Assembly (NCBI GenBank): GCA_965211775.1
Contig: OZ242974.1
Coordinates: 4,442,188-4,506,187 of the forward strand
Length of the DNA stretch: 64,000 bases
Origin: Candidatus Thiodiazotropha sp.
Lineage (GTDB): Bacteria; Pseudomonadota; Gammaproteobacteria; Chromatiales; Chromatiaceae
Direction of reading: 5' to 3'
Position 1 is the stretch's first letter; the number at the start of each line of letters is the position of its first letter. Of this stretch, positions 11,252 to 21,860 are shown in pieces. The notes under the pieces were generated by a model. It did not search any database. It was not told the DNA's origin and saw nothing but the letters and a program-made list of their open reading frames with translations. A program made the translations under genes and the position numbers.

Positions 11252-11562
11252 ACCTCCGAAGAATTTTTGGATAGACTTTACTGATCCTGTCATTCCGGCG
11301 CAAGCCGGAATCCAGATACTCCACACGATTGTCGACCGCCTCTCTTTCAGCAAAGAACACTACCCATCAGATCAGTTCCGGATACAATTTCCGCCAACCT
11401 AGGTTCAGCGCCTCAATCGTCTTTAGCTTCCATACCCTTTCCAATGCCTGATGGCTTTTCCCCGCTCAATCGCGCATGCCATCGTCTCATGCATCCCATA
11501 CCACCTCCCTGGCATTCTCTCTAGATTCCGGCATGCGCCGGAATGACGTGATCATAGGATAT
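11252..11562. repeat. MITE-like element, copy A (~0.3 kb) with ~35-bp terminal inverted repeats
   Basis: The left TIR is TGATCCTGTCATTCCGGCGCAAGCCGGAATCCAGA (11282..) and the right TIR reverse complement is TGATCACGTCATTCCGGCGCATGCCGGAATCTAGA (..11554). Each TIR contains its own hairpin ATTCCGGC/GCCGGAAT. There is no credible ORF. Copy A is homologous to 38122..38371. Confidence 0.75.
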
Positions 11563-11680
11563 TGGTTTGTCCGTTACTTAGGTAACGTCAGGTAGTCAGA
11601 ACTGGCCCGTAAAAAAATATTACTGATGATTCCAATATTGTGCGTGAAACGCACATAACTCAATACATCATTCAATATTC

Positions 11681-12157
11681 CTATTCGTATCTCACTTCCA
11701 GTATCTCGAACTCTCTCGGCCCGCCCGGGGTCTCGAGGAACACATCATCCCCCTCCTGTTTGCCGATCAGCGCACGTGCGATTGGTGAACTGATAGAGAC
11801 CAGGCCATGCTTGATGTCGGCTTCGTCATCGCCGACTATCTGATAGGTAAACTCCTCGTCATTGTCCAGCTCCAACACCACAACCGTTGCACCGAATACC
11901 ACCTTCCCGCCGGCATCCAGTTTTGTCACATCGATGATCTGGGCATGGGAGAGTTTGCCTTCAATATCCTTTATACGTCCCTCGACGAAACCCTGCTGCT
12001 CACGGGCGGCATGATACTCCGCATTCTCCTTCAGATCGCCATGCGCTCTCGCTTCCGCAATAGCTTTGATGACTTTCGGCCGCTCGACGATTTTCAACTG
12101 CTTCAGTTCCTCTTGCAGTTTTGCAGCGCCTTTGGCTGTCAACGGTACCTTACTCAT
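11681..12157 (-). CDS. greA: transcription elongation factor GreA
   Basis: The 158-aa protein begins PLT..G...L..EL..L and carries [20 protein letters not shown]. Confidence 0.95.
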   Translation of the reverse strand: MSKVPLTAKGAAKLQEELKQLKIVERPKVIKAIAEARAHGDLKENAEYHAAREQQGFVEGRIKDIEGKLSHAQIIDVTKLDAGGKVVFGATVVVLELDNDEEFTYQIVGDDEADIKHGLVSISSPIARALIGKQEGDDVFLETPGGPREFEILEVRYE

Positions 12158-12408
12158 CGGATCTATCCTCGTAATCCTGTCTTTCTCTATCAGAAAAAAC
12201 CGTTAATACTCAATCCGCAAATGTCAATAAAAAATTAGGCTGTTTCAGTGGCGCTCAGGTTATAGGCACTATGAATCTCTCACTATCAATTTGATAAGGT
12301 TTGATTGCAAGCAATCTATTTCCCGTAACCCTCAAATGTCTAATGTTTGCGTCAATTGGCGGTGACTAGCGTCTATTTGCGGCTTATTTTGCCTGTTTCT
12401 AAATGCAT

Positions 12409-15400
12409 CTATTGATGCAGGTCCTGCAGTCGGTTGGCGTTCAGATCATCCAGCTGTTTCAGCGCTAGACAGGTCGCTTCTGCACCTGAGATTGTGGTGG
12501 TATAGCTGACCTTGTACTGCAGTGCGGTACGGCGTATCTCTGCCGAGTCGGCTATCGCCTGGGCGCCTTCAGTGGTATTCACGATAAAACTGACTTCCTG
12601 GTTCTTGATGGAGTCGACGATATGCGGCCTTCCCTCCATCACCTTGTTGATCCGCGCGCATTCGAGACCGGCATCCTGAATCGCCTTACAGGTGCCCCCG
12701 GTAGCCATCAGGGTAAAACCCAGATCGATCAGATCCTGCGCCACCTGTACGGCCCTCGCCTTGTCGGCGTTACGTACACTCAACAGTGCCCGCCCCCCCT
12801 GGGGAAGTACGGAGCCGGCGCCCATAATCGACTTATTGTAGGCCTCACCGAAGGTCCTGCCGACCCCCATCACTTCACCGGTGGATTTCATCTCGGGTCC
12901 GAGTACGGTATCCACACCGGGAAATTTCACAAAGGGGAAGACCGCCTCTTTGACGAAATAGTTCTCCGGAATCACCTCTTTTGTGATGCCCTGCTGCTTG
13001 AGGGATGTTCCCGCCATGCAGCGGGCGGCGACCTTCGCCAACTGCACACCGGTCGCCTTGGAGACGAACGGCACGGTGCGCGAGGCGCGGGGATTGACCT
13101 CCAACAGATAGATCATGTCATCCTTGATCGCAAACTGTGCGTTCATCAGCCCGATTACCTTCAGTTCCAGGGCCATCTTGCGCATCTGTTCCCGCATACG
13201 ATCCTGTACCGCCGCCGACAGGGTGTAGGGGGGCAGTGAGCATGCAGAGTCCCCGGAGTGGACGCCTGCCTGTTCGATATGCTCCATGATACCGCCGATG
13301 AGCACTTCCTTGCCGTCACTGATGGCGTCGATATCGACCTCGATGGCGTCGTCCAGAAACCGATCCAGCAGTACCGGCGAATCGTTTGAGACACTCACCG
13401 CCTCACGCATGTATCGCCGCAGTTCGTTCTCGTTATAGACGATCTCCATGGCCCGGCCGCCCAGTACATAGGAGGGACGCACCACCAGGGGATAGCCGAT
13501 CTCATCGGCCAGTTGCACCGCGCTCTCGGTATCTCTTGCCGTCCTGTTGGGCGGCTGCCTGAGGTTGAGCTTTTCCACCAGTTGCTGAAAACGTTCGCGA
13601 TCCTCGGCGAGATCGATCGAGTCGGGGCTGGTGCCGATGATCGGCGCACCCGCCGCCTCCAGGTCATTTGCCAGCTTGAGCGGGGTCTGGCCGCCGTACT
13701 GCACGATCACGCCGGCGGGTTGTTCCTTGTGGATGACTTCCAGCACATCCTCCAGGGTGAGGGGCTCGAAATAGAGCCGGTCGGAGGTGTCGTAATCGGT
13801 GGAGACCGTCTCCGGGTTACAGTTGACCATGATCGTTTCATAGCCGTCGTCGCGCATCGCGAAGGCCGCGTGGACACAACAGTAGTCGAATTCAATACCC
13901 TGTCCGATACGGTTGGGCCCGCCACCCAGGACCATGATCTTTTTCCGCTTCGAAGGTTCGGCCTCGCACTCCTCCTCATAGGTGGAATACATATAGGCGG
14001 TACTGGTGGCAAATTCGGCGGCGCAGGTGTCGACCCGTTTGAAGACCGGCCGGATGCCGGCATCGTGACGCCGCTGACGAATCTCGGCCTCACTGCCGTC
14101 AACCAGTTCGGCGATACGCCGGTCGGCGAAGCCCTTACGCTTGAGAAAGCGCAGCCGCTCACCGTCCAGCGCCTCCAGCCCCTGGCCGGAGAGTTCACGT
14201 TCGATATTCACAAGCTCCTCGATCTGCACCAGGAACCAGGGGTCGATGGCGCATATCTCGAAGATCTCTTCCAGGCTCATGCCGAAGCGGAAGCACTCGG
14301 CCACGTACCAGAGCCGCTCAGGACCGGGCAGGCGGATCTCCCTGACCAGGGTGTCGCGCACATCCTCTTCGTTGAGATCGAGGATCTCGTTGAGACCGTA
14401 TTTCCCCGTCTCCAGGCCACGCAGCGCCTTTTGCAGCGACTCCTGGAAGGTGCGGCCAATGGCCATTACCTCGCCCACCGACTTCATCTGCGTGGTCAGG
14501 CGATCGTCGGCCAGGGGAAACTTCTCGAAGGCGAAGCGGGGTACCTTGGTCACCACATAATCGATACTGGGCTCAAAGGAGGCCGGCGTGGCGCCGCCGG
14601 TGATCTCGTTCTGCAGTTCGTCCAGGGTATAGCCCACCGCCAACTTGGCCGCCACCTTGGCGATGGGAAAGCCGGTGGCCTTGGAAGCCAGCGCGGAGGA
14701 GCGGGAGACCCGGGGATTCATCTCGATGATGATCATGCGCCCGTTCTCCGGATTTATCGCGAACTGGACGTTGGAACCACCGGTCTCCACGCCGATCTCG
14801 CGCAACACCGCCAGCGAGGCGTCGCGCATGATCTGGTACTCCTTATCGGTCAGGGTCTGGGCCGGAGCCACGGTGATGGAGTCGCCGGTATGCACGCCCA
14901 TGGGGTCCAGGTTCTCGATGGAGCAGATGATGATGCAGTTGTCGTTGCGGTCCCGCACCACCTCCATCTCATACTCTTTCCAACCGAGGATCGACTCCTC
15001 GATCAGCAATTCATTGGTGGGTGAGAGGTCGAGGCCGCGCTCGCAGATCTCCTCGAACTCATCCGGATTATAGGCGATGCCGCCGCCGCTGCCGCCCATA
15101 GTGAAAGAGGGACGGATAATGGTGGGGAAGCCGATCTGCGCCTGAACCTGTTGCGCCTCCTCCATGCTGTGGGCGATGGCGGACCGGGGCATGTCGAGGC
15201 CGATCTTGCGCATCGCCTGGCGGAACAGGTCCCGGTCCTCCGCCTTGTCGATCGCTTCCCGCGAGGCGCCGATCATCTCCACACCGTACTTCTCCAGCAC
15301 CCCTTCGCGCACCAGGTCGAGGGCAGAGTTGAGCGCGGTCTGCCCGCCCATGGTGGGCAGCAGGACATCCGGCCGCTCCTTTTCGATGATACGCTCGAGG

Positions 15401-15618
15401 GTCTTCCAGGTGATCGGTTCGATATAGATCGCATCCGCCATGTCCGGATCGGTCATGATCGTCGCCGGGTTGGAGTTCACCAGTACCACCCGGAAACCCT
15501 CCTCCCGCAACGCCTTACAGGCCTGCGCCCCGGAGTAGTCGAATTCACACGCCTGCCCGATAACGATCGGACCGGCGCCTATGATCATGATGCTGTTTAT
15601 GTCTGTACGTTTTGGCAT
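12409..15618 (-). CDS. carB: carbamoyl-phosphate synthase large subunit
   Basis: The 1069-aa protein has duplicated ATP-grasp halves and the N-terminus [30 protein letters not shown]. Confidence 0.97.
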   Translation of the reverse strand: MPKRTDINSIMIIGAGPIVIGQACEFDYSGAQACKALREEGFRVVLVNSNPATIMTDPDMADAIYIEPITWKTLERIIEKERPDVLLPTMGGQTALNSALDLVREGVLEKYGVEMIGASREAIDKAEDRDLFRQAMRKIGLDMPRSAIAHSMEEAQQVQAQIGFPTIIRPSFTMGGSGGGIAYNPDEFEEICERGLDLSPTNELLIEESILGWKEYEMEVVRDRNDNCIIICSIENLDPMGVHTGDSITVAPAQTLTDKEYQIMRDASLAVLREIGVETGGSNVQFAINPENGRMIIIEMNPRVSRSSALASKATGFPIAKVAAKLAVGYTLDELQNEITGGATPASFEPSIDYVVTKVPRFAFEKFPLADDRLTTQMKSVGEVMAIGRTFQESLQKALRGLETGKYGLNEILDLNEEDVRDTLVREIRLPGPERLWYVAECFRFGMSLEEIFEICAIDPWFLVQIEELVNIERELSGQGLEALDGERLRFLKRKGFADRRIAELVDGSEAEIRQRRHDAGIRPVFKRVDTCAAEFATSTAYMYSTYEEECEAEPSKRKKIMVLGGGPNRIGQGIEFDYCCVHAAFAMRDDGYETIMVNCNPETVSTDYDTSDRLYFEPLTLEDVLEVIHKEQPAGVIVQYGGQTPLKLANDLEAAGAPIIGTSPDSIDLAEDRERFQQLVEKLNLRQPPNRTARDTESAVQLADEIGYPLVVRPSYVLGGRAMEIVYNENELRRYMREAVSVSNDSPVLLDRFLDDAIEVDIDAISDGKEVLIGGIMEHIEQAGVHSGDSACSLPPYTLSAAVQDRMREQMRKMALELKVIGLMNAQFAIKDDMIYLLEVNPRASRTVPFVSKATGVQLAKVAARCMAGTSLKQQGITKEVIPENYFVKEAVFPFVKFPGVDTVLGPEMKSTGEVMGVGRTFGEAYNKSIMGAGSVLPQGGRALLSVRNADKARAVQVAQDLIDLGFTLMATGGTCKAIQDAGLECARINKVMEGRPHIVDSIKNQEVSFIVNTTEGAQAIADSAEIRRTALQYKVSYTTTISGAEATCLALKQLDDLNANRLQDLHQ

Positions 15619-15628
15619 TTAAAACTTC

Positions 15629-15659
15629 AGTCCGCAAATGAACGCGAATGGACGCAAAT
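15629..15659 (+). repeat. phased repeat element (left flank of GxxExxY gene)
   Basis: The sequence AGTCCGCAAATGAACGCGAATGGACGCAAAT contains three CGC(A/G)AAT units at 10-bp spacing. Confidence 0.75.
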
Positions 15660-15666
15660 TAAAAAG

Positions 15667-16062
15667 TCAGATTATGGAAGCATCATCATGCTGCCACACG
15701 AGTCTCCGCACACCTAGTCGAGGTGTGCCAAAATTGAGCAACAAACCAACCTTGAGTCCGGTTGCCCGAAGATAATTCATCACTTGAGCATCATGCTCGT
15801 TCGTCAGTGCCGATAGTGCCTTGAGTTCCAAAAGCAACCTGTTCTCCACAATAAAATCTGCCACATAATGACCGACAACCCGCCCCTTGTACCTGACCTC
15901 TAAATGCTTCTGCCTTTCAAAGGACAGTCCCTGGCGCTCAAACTCAAGGCATAGAGCATTCTCATACACTGCTTCAAAAAAACCAGCACCTAACTCATTA
16001 CTGACTTCATACCCGCAACCAATGACTCGCTTGCTAACAGCCTCTCTCTGTTTCTTCATCAC
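15667..16062 (-). CDS. GxxExxY-family protein (PD-(D/E)XK-like fold family)
   Basis: The 131-aa protein has GAGFFEAVYENAL (the GxxExxY motif), DFIVENRLLLELKA, and a NFG... tail. Confidence 0.8.
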   Translation of the reverse strand: MMKKQREAVSKRVIGCGYEVSNELGAGFFEAVYENALCLEFERQGLSFERQKHLEVRYKGRVVGHYVADFIVENRLLLELKALSALTNEHDAQVMNYLRATGLKVGLLLNFGTPRLGVRRLVWQHDDASII

Positions 16063-16067
16063 AATTC

Positions 16068-16099
16068 CATTTGCGTTTATTTGCGTTCATTCGCGGACT
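16068..16099 (-). repeat. phased repeat element (right flank of GxxExxY gene), overlaps the carA stop
   Basis: The reverse complement AAGTCCGCGAATGAACGCAAATAAACGCAAATGG is the inverted partner of 15629..15659. The last carA codons K-V-R-E-stop lie inside it. Confidence 0.75.
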
Positions 16100-17241
16100 T
16101 TCATCAATTCGATAAAATGATCGAATACCGGCGCCACATCATGGGGTCCCGGACTGGCTTCCGGGTGGCCCTGGAAGCTGAAGGCGGGTTTGTCGCTGCG
16201 ATGTATGCCCTGCAGCGTGCCGTCGAACAGGGACCGATGGGTGGCGGTCAGGTGATCGGGAAGGCTCTGCTCGTCCACCGCAAAACCGTGGTTCTGGCTG
16301 CTGATCATCACCGTGCCCTGCGCCAGATCCTGCACCGGATGGTTGGCGCCGTGATGGCCGAATTTCATCTTCATGGTCTTGGCACCGGAGGCCAATGCCA
16401 GCAACTGGTGCCCCAAACAGATGCCGAACACAGGCATGCCTGTTTCGACGATCTTGCCGATGGCATCGATGGCGTAGTCGCAGGGCTCCGGATCACCCGG
16501 CCCATTGGAGAGAAAGACCCCATCGGGCTGCAACGCCAGAACATCTTCCGCCGGCATCTGCGCCGGCACCACGGTGACGCGGCACTCTCTGTCGACCAAC
16601 ATACGCAGGATATTGCGCTTGATACCGTAATCGTAAGCCACTACATGATACGGCAGCTTCTCGTCGATCGGATGGGGCGCCTCGGGATGGCCCTCTTCCA
16701 GCGACCAGGAGCCCTGAGCCCATTCATAGGGTAATGAGGTAGTGACTTCCTTTGCCAAGTCCATACCTTTCAGCCCGGGGAATCCCTTGGCCAACTCCAG
16801 TCCCCTGGCGGGATCGATATTGTCTCCCGCTATGATTGCGCCGTTTTGTGCGCCCTTCTCCCGCAGGATACGGGTCAGTTTGCGGGTATCGATGCCGGCA
16901 ATGGCAACGATGCCGTGACGCTGCAGGTAGTGCTCGAGGGACTCCTCGGAACGCCAATTGCTGGTGATCAGCGGCAGGTCCCGTATCACCAGGCCGGCGG
17001 CATGGATCTGGGTGGACTCTTCATCCTCCTGATTGATGCCTGTATTGCCGATATGGGGATAGGTCAGGGTAACGATCTGCTGGCGATAGGAGGGATCGGT
17101 CAGAATCTCCTGATAGCCGGTCATCGCCGTATTGAAAACCACTTCGCCGACGGTCTCACCCTCGGCGCCGATGGCTTCGCCCCTGAAACGGCTGCCATCT
17201 TCCAGGACCAGAATTGCGGGTTTTCTCAAGAGTCTCTCCAC
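16087..17241 (-). CDS. carA: carbamoyl-phosphate synthase small (glutaminase) subunit
   Basis: The ORF has the GATase active site GICLGHQLL and the HGANHPV motif, and lies upstream of carB. Confidence 0.96.
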   Translation of the reverse strand: MERLLRKPAILVLEDGSRFRGEAIGAEGETVGEVVFNTAMTGYQEILTDPSYRQQIVTLTYPHIGNTGINQEDEESTQIHAAGLVIRDLPLITSNWRSEESLEHYLQRHGIVAIAGIDTRKLTRILREKGAQNGAIIAGDNIDPARGLELAKGFPGLKGMDLAKEVTTSLPYEWAQGSWSLEEGHPEAPHPIDEKLPYHVVAYDYGIKRNILRMLVDRECRVTVVPAQMPAEDVLALQPDGVFLSNGPGDPEPCDYAIDAIGKIVETGMPVFGICLGHQLLALASGAKTMKMKFGHHGANHPVQDLAQGTVMISSQNHGFAVDEQSLPDHLTATHRSLFDGTLQGIHRSDKPAFSFQGHPEASPGPHDVAPVFDHFIELMKVRE

Positions 17242-17566
17242 TACAGGCGTGCAAAAAGGGGCAGGTCACGAAGTGCCTGCCCCAATGTCTGCGTAAATCA
17301 GTAGGTTCCGGGCGTGTCGATCGAGGAGAACACCCGAAATAGTTGAGCGGGTATTGTACTGATGGGGGGGGAGGCTGTCTATTATGAAACGGATCTAACC
17401 ATGCATGATTACCGGTAGGCGAATTAGTGTGGATTATCTATCTTTCGCTACATACTGACTGAAGATAGTAGTCTGGGTGGCGATTGAAACCGTTACAATG
17501 AAGACGGTCTACTAAAAACATAAGGATACACCACAATACATCACTGGAGTTGCCCTGTACCTTGTA

Positions 17567-17620
17567 CAAATACTCGAAGACCTCTATACTTGTACAATAT
17601 ACAGTACAAGTAGAGGTATA
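17567..17620 (+). promoter_or_regulatory. putative yefM-yoeB operator/promoter with TGTACA-core palindromes
   Basis: The sequence CCTTGTACAAATAC...CCTCTATACTTGTACAATATACAGTACAAGTAGAGG contains the inverted repeat TACTTGTAC/GTACAAGTA and ends at a GAGG Shine-Dalgarno 6 nt before the yefM ATG. Confidence 0.6.
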
Positions 17621-17622
17621 AT

Positions 17623-17877
17623 ATGCGTATCGTTTCATTTACTGAAGCGCGTAATAGACTGAAATCCATTTTGGATCAAGTAGTCAACGATGCTGATTTC
17701 ACAGTAATCACCCGCCGTGACAGCGAAGATGCCATTGTCATGTCCTTGGATTATTACAATAGCCTCATGGAAACAGTACATTTGTTGAAATCACCGGCAA
17801 ACGCAAAACACCTAAGTAAATCCATCGAACAATACCGAGAGGGTCATGTTCAGGTAAGGGATATGGTGGATGAGTAG
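17623..17877 (+). CDS. yefM: type II antitoxin, Phd/YefM family
   Basis: The 84-aa protein reads MRIVSFTEARNRLKSILDQVVNDADFTVITRR...MSLDYYNSLMETVHLL. It overlaps the toxin gene by 8 nt. Confidence 0.9.
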   Translation: MRIVSFTEARNRLKSILDQVVNDADFTVITRRDSEDAIVMSLDYYNSLMETVHLLKSPANAKHLSKSIEQYREGHVQVRDMVDE

Positions 17878-18133
17878 AGAGTTAGCCTGGACCGAAGCCG
17901 CCTGGTCGGATTATCTCTACTGGCAGGGCCAAGACAAAAAGACATTAAAAAGAATAAACAAACTGATTGCCGATGTTATGCGCTCACCCTTTGAAGGTAT
18001 CGGCAAGCCAGAACCTTTGAAAGAAAATTTATCCGGCTTTTGGTCAAGGCGTATCGATGATACGCATAGGCTTGTCTACGCAGTTACCGATATCCGGATA
18101 ACAATCATAGCTTGTAGATATCATTATGAGTAA
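17870..18133 (+). CDS. yoeB: type II toxin, YoeB/Txe mRNA interferase
   Basis: The 87-aa protein has W...AW.DY.YWQ..DKK...RIN.LI, SRRIDDTHRLVY, and a RYHY end. Confidence 0.9.
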   Translation: MSRELAWTEAAWSDYLYWQGQDKKTLKRINKLIADVMRSPFEGIGKPEPLKENLSGFWSRRIDDTHRLVYAVTDIRITIIACRYHYE

Positions 18134-18233
18134 CCAATACGAGACACTGCCCCATGATCAACCATGCCGCAAACCTAACACCACCCACTAAGCCGTTATA
18201 AAAAACCTGTTAAATTGGGCTTAAATACAGCCA

Positions 18234-21200
18234 CTAAGCAATCGCCTGCCAATTTTCAGCTAAAAACGGCTGCAGGTCATCCTGCACATTCTGCGGTATC
18301 ACATTACCTACACCCGACGGTACATCGTAGGACGCCATGGCGGCGACCAGTTGATCCACTTGATTGTTGAGCAACACCGATCCTGCCGCCTCGATCCTGT
18401 CAACCTCGTTGGCCGGCAGATCGTACCAATGGGCCAGTGTTACCCGGTCATCGGTACCTGCCTGGGTGATCATAAGATCATTGCCCTCGCGACTGAACCA
18501 GAGTTCCTCAATGGCTGCCGTCTCGAAACACAGGGTATCGCTCCCCGTATCATCGGCATCATGATTGTTGATGATGTCATGACCCGAAGCGGCGCCGACC
18601 CGATAGGTGTCGCTGCCGTACCCACCGATCAGGTAGTCGTTGCCTACACCACCGTCAAGCAGATCATCACCCGCTCCGGCATCGATGAAGTCGGCGTCGG
18701 ATCCGGCCAGGTAGTTGTCATTGCCCGCACCACCCAACGTTATCGTGCCGTAGTTACGTTCGTCCGGTAAACCGGAATAGTTGGGAGAACCGGCCGGATC
18801 GGGATCGGTCACGCCGAAGACGCCAAAGAGCTGGGCGGATGACAACTCGCCACCACTGGCAAAGACAATCCGGTCGACTGCATGATCACCGCCTTTGAAA
18901 TAGTCCTGCAAGGTCACCTGATCACTGCCGCCGCTCACCCGCAGAATCAGATTATCCCCCGAGCGCATCAAACCGCTGGCCACCTGATTGAAATCGATAC
19001 CCTCGAAGCGCAGGGTATCGAGCCCGCCACCCAGGTTGTCGATGGTGTCCTGACCATCACCCGCGTTGAAGATATAGGTATCGTTACCTCTTCCGCCCAC
19101 AAGTTGATCGTTGCCGGCGCCCCCCGTAAGCGTATCGGCGCCATTGCCTCCTTCAAGGCGATCATCTCCGGCACCACCGACCAAGGCGTCGTCGCCGTTG
19201 TAGCCGGCGATCAAATCAGCCTGGTCACCGCCGCTTAATGCACCGTCGCTAGCGGAAGTCCCATCGATGGTTTGTACAAAGTCACTCGTCTCAGCCGGCA
19301 TGGCAAGACCAAAGGCGCCGAAGATCTGCTCTGCCGTCAACGCACCGCCTGTGGCGAACTCGATAGTCTCAACCAGATGATCGCCACCCAGGAAGAAGTT
19401 GCGCAGGGTGATCTGGTCCGGGCCGCCATTGACCCGCAAGACCAGGTCGTCACCAGACTTGAGCAGGCCGGAAGCAACCTGACCGAAGGTTATACCGTTT
19501 TCAAAACGCAGGCGATCGATACCCGCCGTCTCCTCCAGTGTATCCTGGCCGCCGGTATAGATGTAGCTGTCGTCACCCTCGCCGCCCAAAAGACGGTCGT
19601 TGCCAAGACCGCCACCCAGGCTGTCATTACCCGCACCTGCGATCAGGATCTCATCTGCCCCTGAGCCGACCAGTGTGTCATCACCACCAGGCTGTGGCGG
19701 AGTGACTTGATCGGTCCCTGTGTCACCGCTTCCAGTCGAACCATCGCCACCGCTACTGTTGTCGGTATCCCCGGAACCCGTATCTCCGCCGGATTGGCCC
19801 GACAACAATGCCGAAACATCACTGGCCGTGAGAGCAGCACTACCACTTGGCTGGATATAGTCAATCTCACTTTCACCACCCAGAAAGTGGCTTATAATCT
19901 GTATCGATTGTGCTGGATCACCATCTATCGATACAAGCAAATCATCCCCATCCTGGCTGAAACTGAGCCGGTCGCTTGTAACATCGGCAAAATAGAGCCA
20001 GTCCACGCCACCGCCCGTATTGTCGATGACGTCCATCCCGCTCCCGGCGCTATAAACATAGATATCATCGCCACCACCACCTTCAAGATGATCACTTCCC
20101 AGGCCACCATTCAGTTGGTCATTCTGGTCTCCGCCAACAAGACGATCATTTCCCTCACCACCCGCAAGATTGTCATCACCAGCGGCGCCAATGAGGATAT
20201 CGTCGCCTGCCTCGCCGGCCAGATAATCTTCTCCGCCGTCACCGCGGATCTCATCATTGCCACCTCGGCCCCAAACCTGATCGTTTCCAGCACCGGCCTG
20301 GATGGTATCACTCGACTCTGTTCCTTGTAGGGTATCGTTCCCGGCAGTACCCATAGTGACCGTCAACTGATCGATATCGGTAATCACACTGCCATCGGCA
20401 AACACAAATCTCAGGGTTTTACCCCGTCCCTGGCTGATGAACCAATCGGTGATTGTGATCTGATCGTTGCCGCTACCGTAATATACGATGAGAGTGTTTT
20501 GTTGTTGTTCGAAACGGACATCCGCCTGTGTAATCCCATCACCAAAGGCAATGACATCCTGTTGCATGGCTGAGGCCGAATAGTCCCAGAGATTGTGACT
20601 TAATACATCAACACCATCCCCCAGATTGAAATTGAATGTGACAGCGATGTGGCCGCCCACTAGATTATCATCACCTCTACCACCACTGATGAGAGTCGTA
20701 TCGAGGCTACCGTCGGTACCTAGCCGGATGCTGTCGTTACCGTCACCGCCATCGATGGTACCGTAGCCGATCAGTTCGTCGTTGCCATCACCGCCATAGA
20801 GCTCTCCTTGACCATACAGGTAATCGTTTCCAGGACCACCATGCAGATGATCAAAATTATCATCTCTAAAGGCATCTAACTCATAGCGGCTGCCACCATA
20901 GAGATGATCATCTCCATCGCCGCCAAACAACTGGTCGTGTGCGGTCTCAACATAGCTGTGTCCCGGTCCGTAGTAGTCTATGTCACCATCACCATAGAGC
21001 AGATCGTTCCCCGCACCGCCATCAAGCAGATCATTGCCGGCGCTTCCGTCAAGGGTATCGTCTCCCGATCCACCGGCCAGGGTATCATTACCACTACCCC
21101 CATCGATCTGATCGAACCCATCCCCTCCTTGAACATTGTCGTCACCACCGAACGTCTGAATCGTGTCATTGCCGGCCAGGCCATCGATGGTTTCCGCGCT

Positions 21201-21860
21201 GTCGTTGCCCTGTATGGCATCGTCACCGGAAGTGCCGGGTGTTATGCGGGACAACAACTCAGCAGCGTTCAGGACCACTCCATCGGAAAAGCTGATCTCT
21301 TGGATGCTGATGCTGACATTGACGCTGTCAGCGCCATTGAATTGGCTGATCACAGTCACCTGGTCAGTATTATTAGGGTTGGAAATAACCAGATTGTCCC
21401 CGTCACGCCGCACCTGCACATCGGTTGAGGGCAGATCGGAAAATACAATGGTGTTATTGCCTAGCAGGTCATCGATGGTGTCTTGTCCGTGGCCAGTTTG
21501 AAAAACGTATCGGTCATCCCCATGAGAGCCGGACAGTCGATCATCACCTGCCCCACCAATCAGCTCATCATTGCCTTGCCACCCTGCCAGGGTATCGTCG
21601 CCCACACCGCCATCCAGTAGATCATTGCCATTGCCACCATCAAGGGTGTCGTTACCCGTTCCACCCATGAGTTGATCGTTTCCATCGGCACCGCTGATGG
21701 TGTCGTTGCCCGCCCCGCCATCGATCAGATCGGCGGTTTCATATCCCGTCAAGACCTGACCGGTATCATTCCCCTGCAGCAACATCGCCCTGATGTCGTC
21801 GTACGTCCACTGGGTGCCATCGTGAAATTGTAATGAGTCTACTCTGCTGTGCTCGTCAGT
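18234..21860 (-). CDS. continuation of the same RTX reading frame after the TAG (1208 codons; first ATG at 21785), with a C-terminal non-repeat tail
   Basis: The phase is the same as 21861..27659 (21863-21785=78). The RTX modules continue across the stop (ITGFF*TDEHSRVDSLQFHDGTQWTYDDI). The C-terminus ...VDQLVAAMASYDVPSG...AENWQAIA resembles an uncleaved T1SS substrate end. Confidence 0.85.
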   Translation of the reverse strand, partial: TDEHSRVDSLQFHDGTQWTYDDIRAMLLQGNDTGQVLTGYETADLIDGGAGNDTISGADGNDQLMGGTGNDTLDGGNGNDLLDGGVGDDTLAGWQGNDELIGGAGDDRLSGSHGDDRYVFQTGHGQDTIDDLLGNNTIVFSDLPSTDVQVRRDGDNLVISNPNNTDQVTVISQFNGADSVNVSISIQEISFSDGVVLNAAELLSRITPGTSGDDAIQGNDSAETIDGLAGNDTIQTFGGDDNVQGGDGFDQIDGGSGNDTLAGGSGDDTLDGSAGNDLLDGGAGNDLLYGDGDIDYYGPGHSYVETAHDQLFGGDGDDHLYGGSRYELDAFRDDNFDHLHGGPGNDYLYGQGELYGGDGNDELIGYGTIDGGDGNDSIRLGTDGSLDTTLISGGRGDDNLVGGHIAVTFNFNLGDGVDVLSHNLWDYSASAMQQDVIAFGDGITQADVRFEQQQNTLIVYYGSGNDQITITDWFISQGRGKTLRFVFADGSVITDIDQLTVTMGTAGNDTLQGTESSDTIQAGAGNDQVWGRGGNDEIRGDGGEDYLAGEAGDDILIGAAGDDNLAGGEGNDRLVGGDQNDQLNGGLGSDHLEGGGGDDIYVYSAGSGMDVIDNTGGGVDWLYFADVTSDRLSFSQDGDDLLVSIDGDPAQSIQIISHFLGGESEIDYIQPSGSAALTASDVSALLSGQSGGDTGSGDTDNSSGGDGSTGSGDTGTDQVTPPQPGGDDTLVGSGADEILIAGAGNDSLGGGLGNDRLLGGEGDDSYIYTGGQDTLEETAGIDRLRFENGITFGQVASGLLKSGDDLVLRVNGGPDQITLRNFFLGGDHLVETIEFATGGALTAEQIFGAFGLAMPAETSDFVQTIDGTSASDGALSGGDQADLIAGYNGDDALVGGAGDDRLEGGNGADTLTGGAGNDQLVGGRGNDTYIFNAGDGQDTIDNLGGGLDTLRFEGIDFNQVASGLMRSGDNLILRVSGGSDQVTLQDYFKGGDHAVDRIVFASGGELSSAQLFGVFGVTDPDPAGSPNYSGLPDERNYGTITLGGAGNDNYLAGSDADFIDAGAGDDLLDGGVGNDYLIGGYGSDTYRVGAASGHDIINNHDADDTGSDTLCFETAAIEELWFSREGNDLMITQAGTDDRVTLAHWYDLPANEVDRIEAAGSVLLNNQVDQLVAAMASYDVPSGVGNVIPQNVQDDLQPFLAENWQAIA

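Noticed and set aside
13513-15024. Long antisense ORFs inside carB (503 aa). Similar ones lie inside ftsH (6744..8003), glmM (4566..5453), hlyB (35730..36551), and many inside the PFOR-like and kor genes.
   Set aside because: These are typical GC-rich shadow ORFs opposite well-supported genes. They are rich in Arg/Gly/His/Pro with no recognisable motifs.
17438-17638. A 66-aa minus-strand ORF overlapping the yefM promoter.
   Set aside because: It lies in an AT-rich intergenic region, overlaps the operator palindromes and the yefM start, and has no protein-like features.
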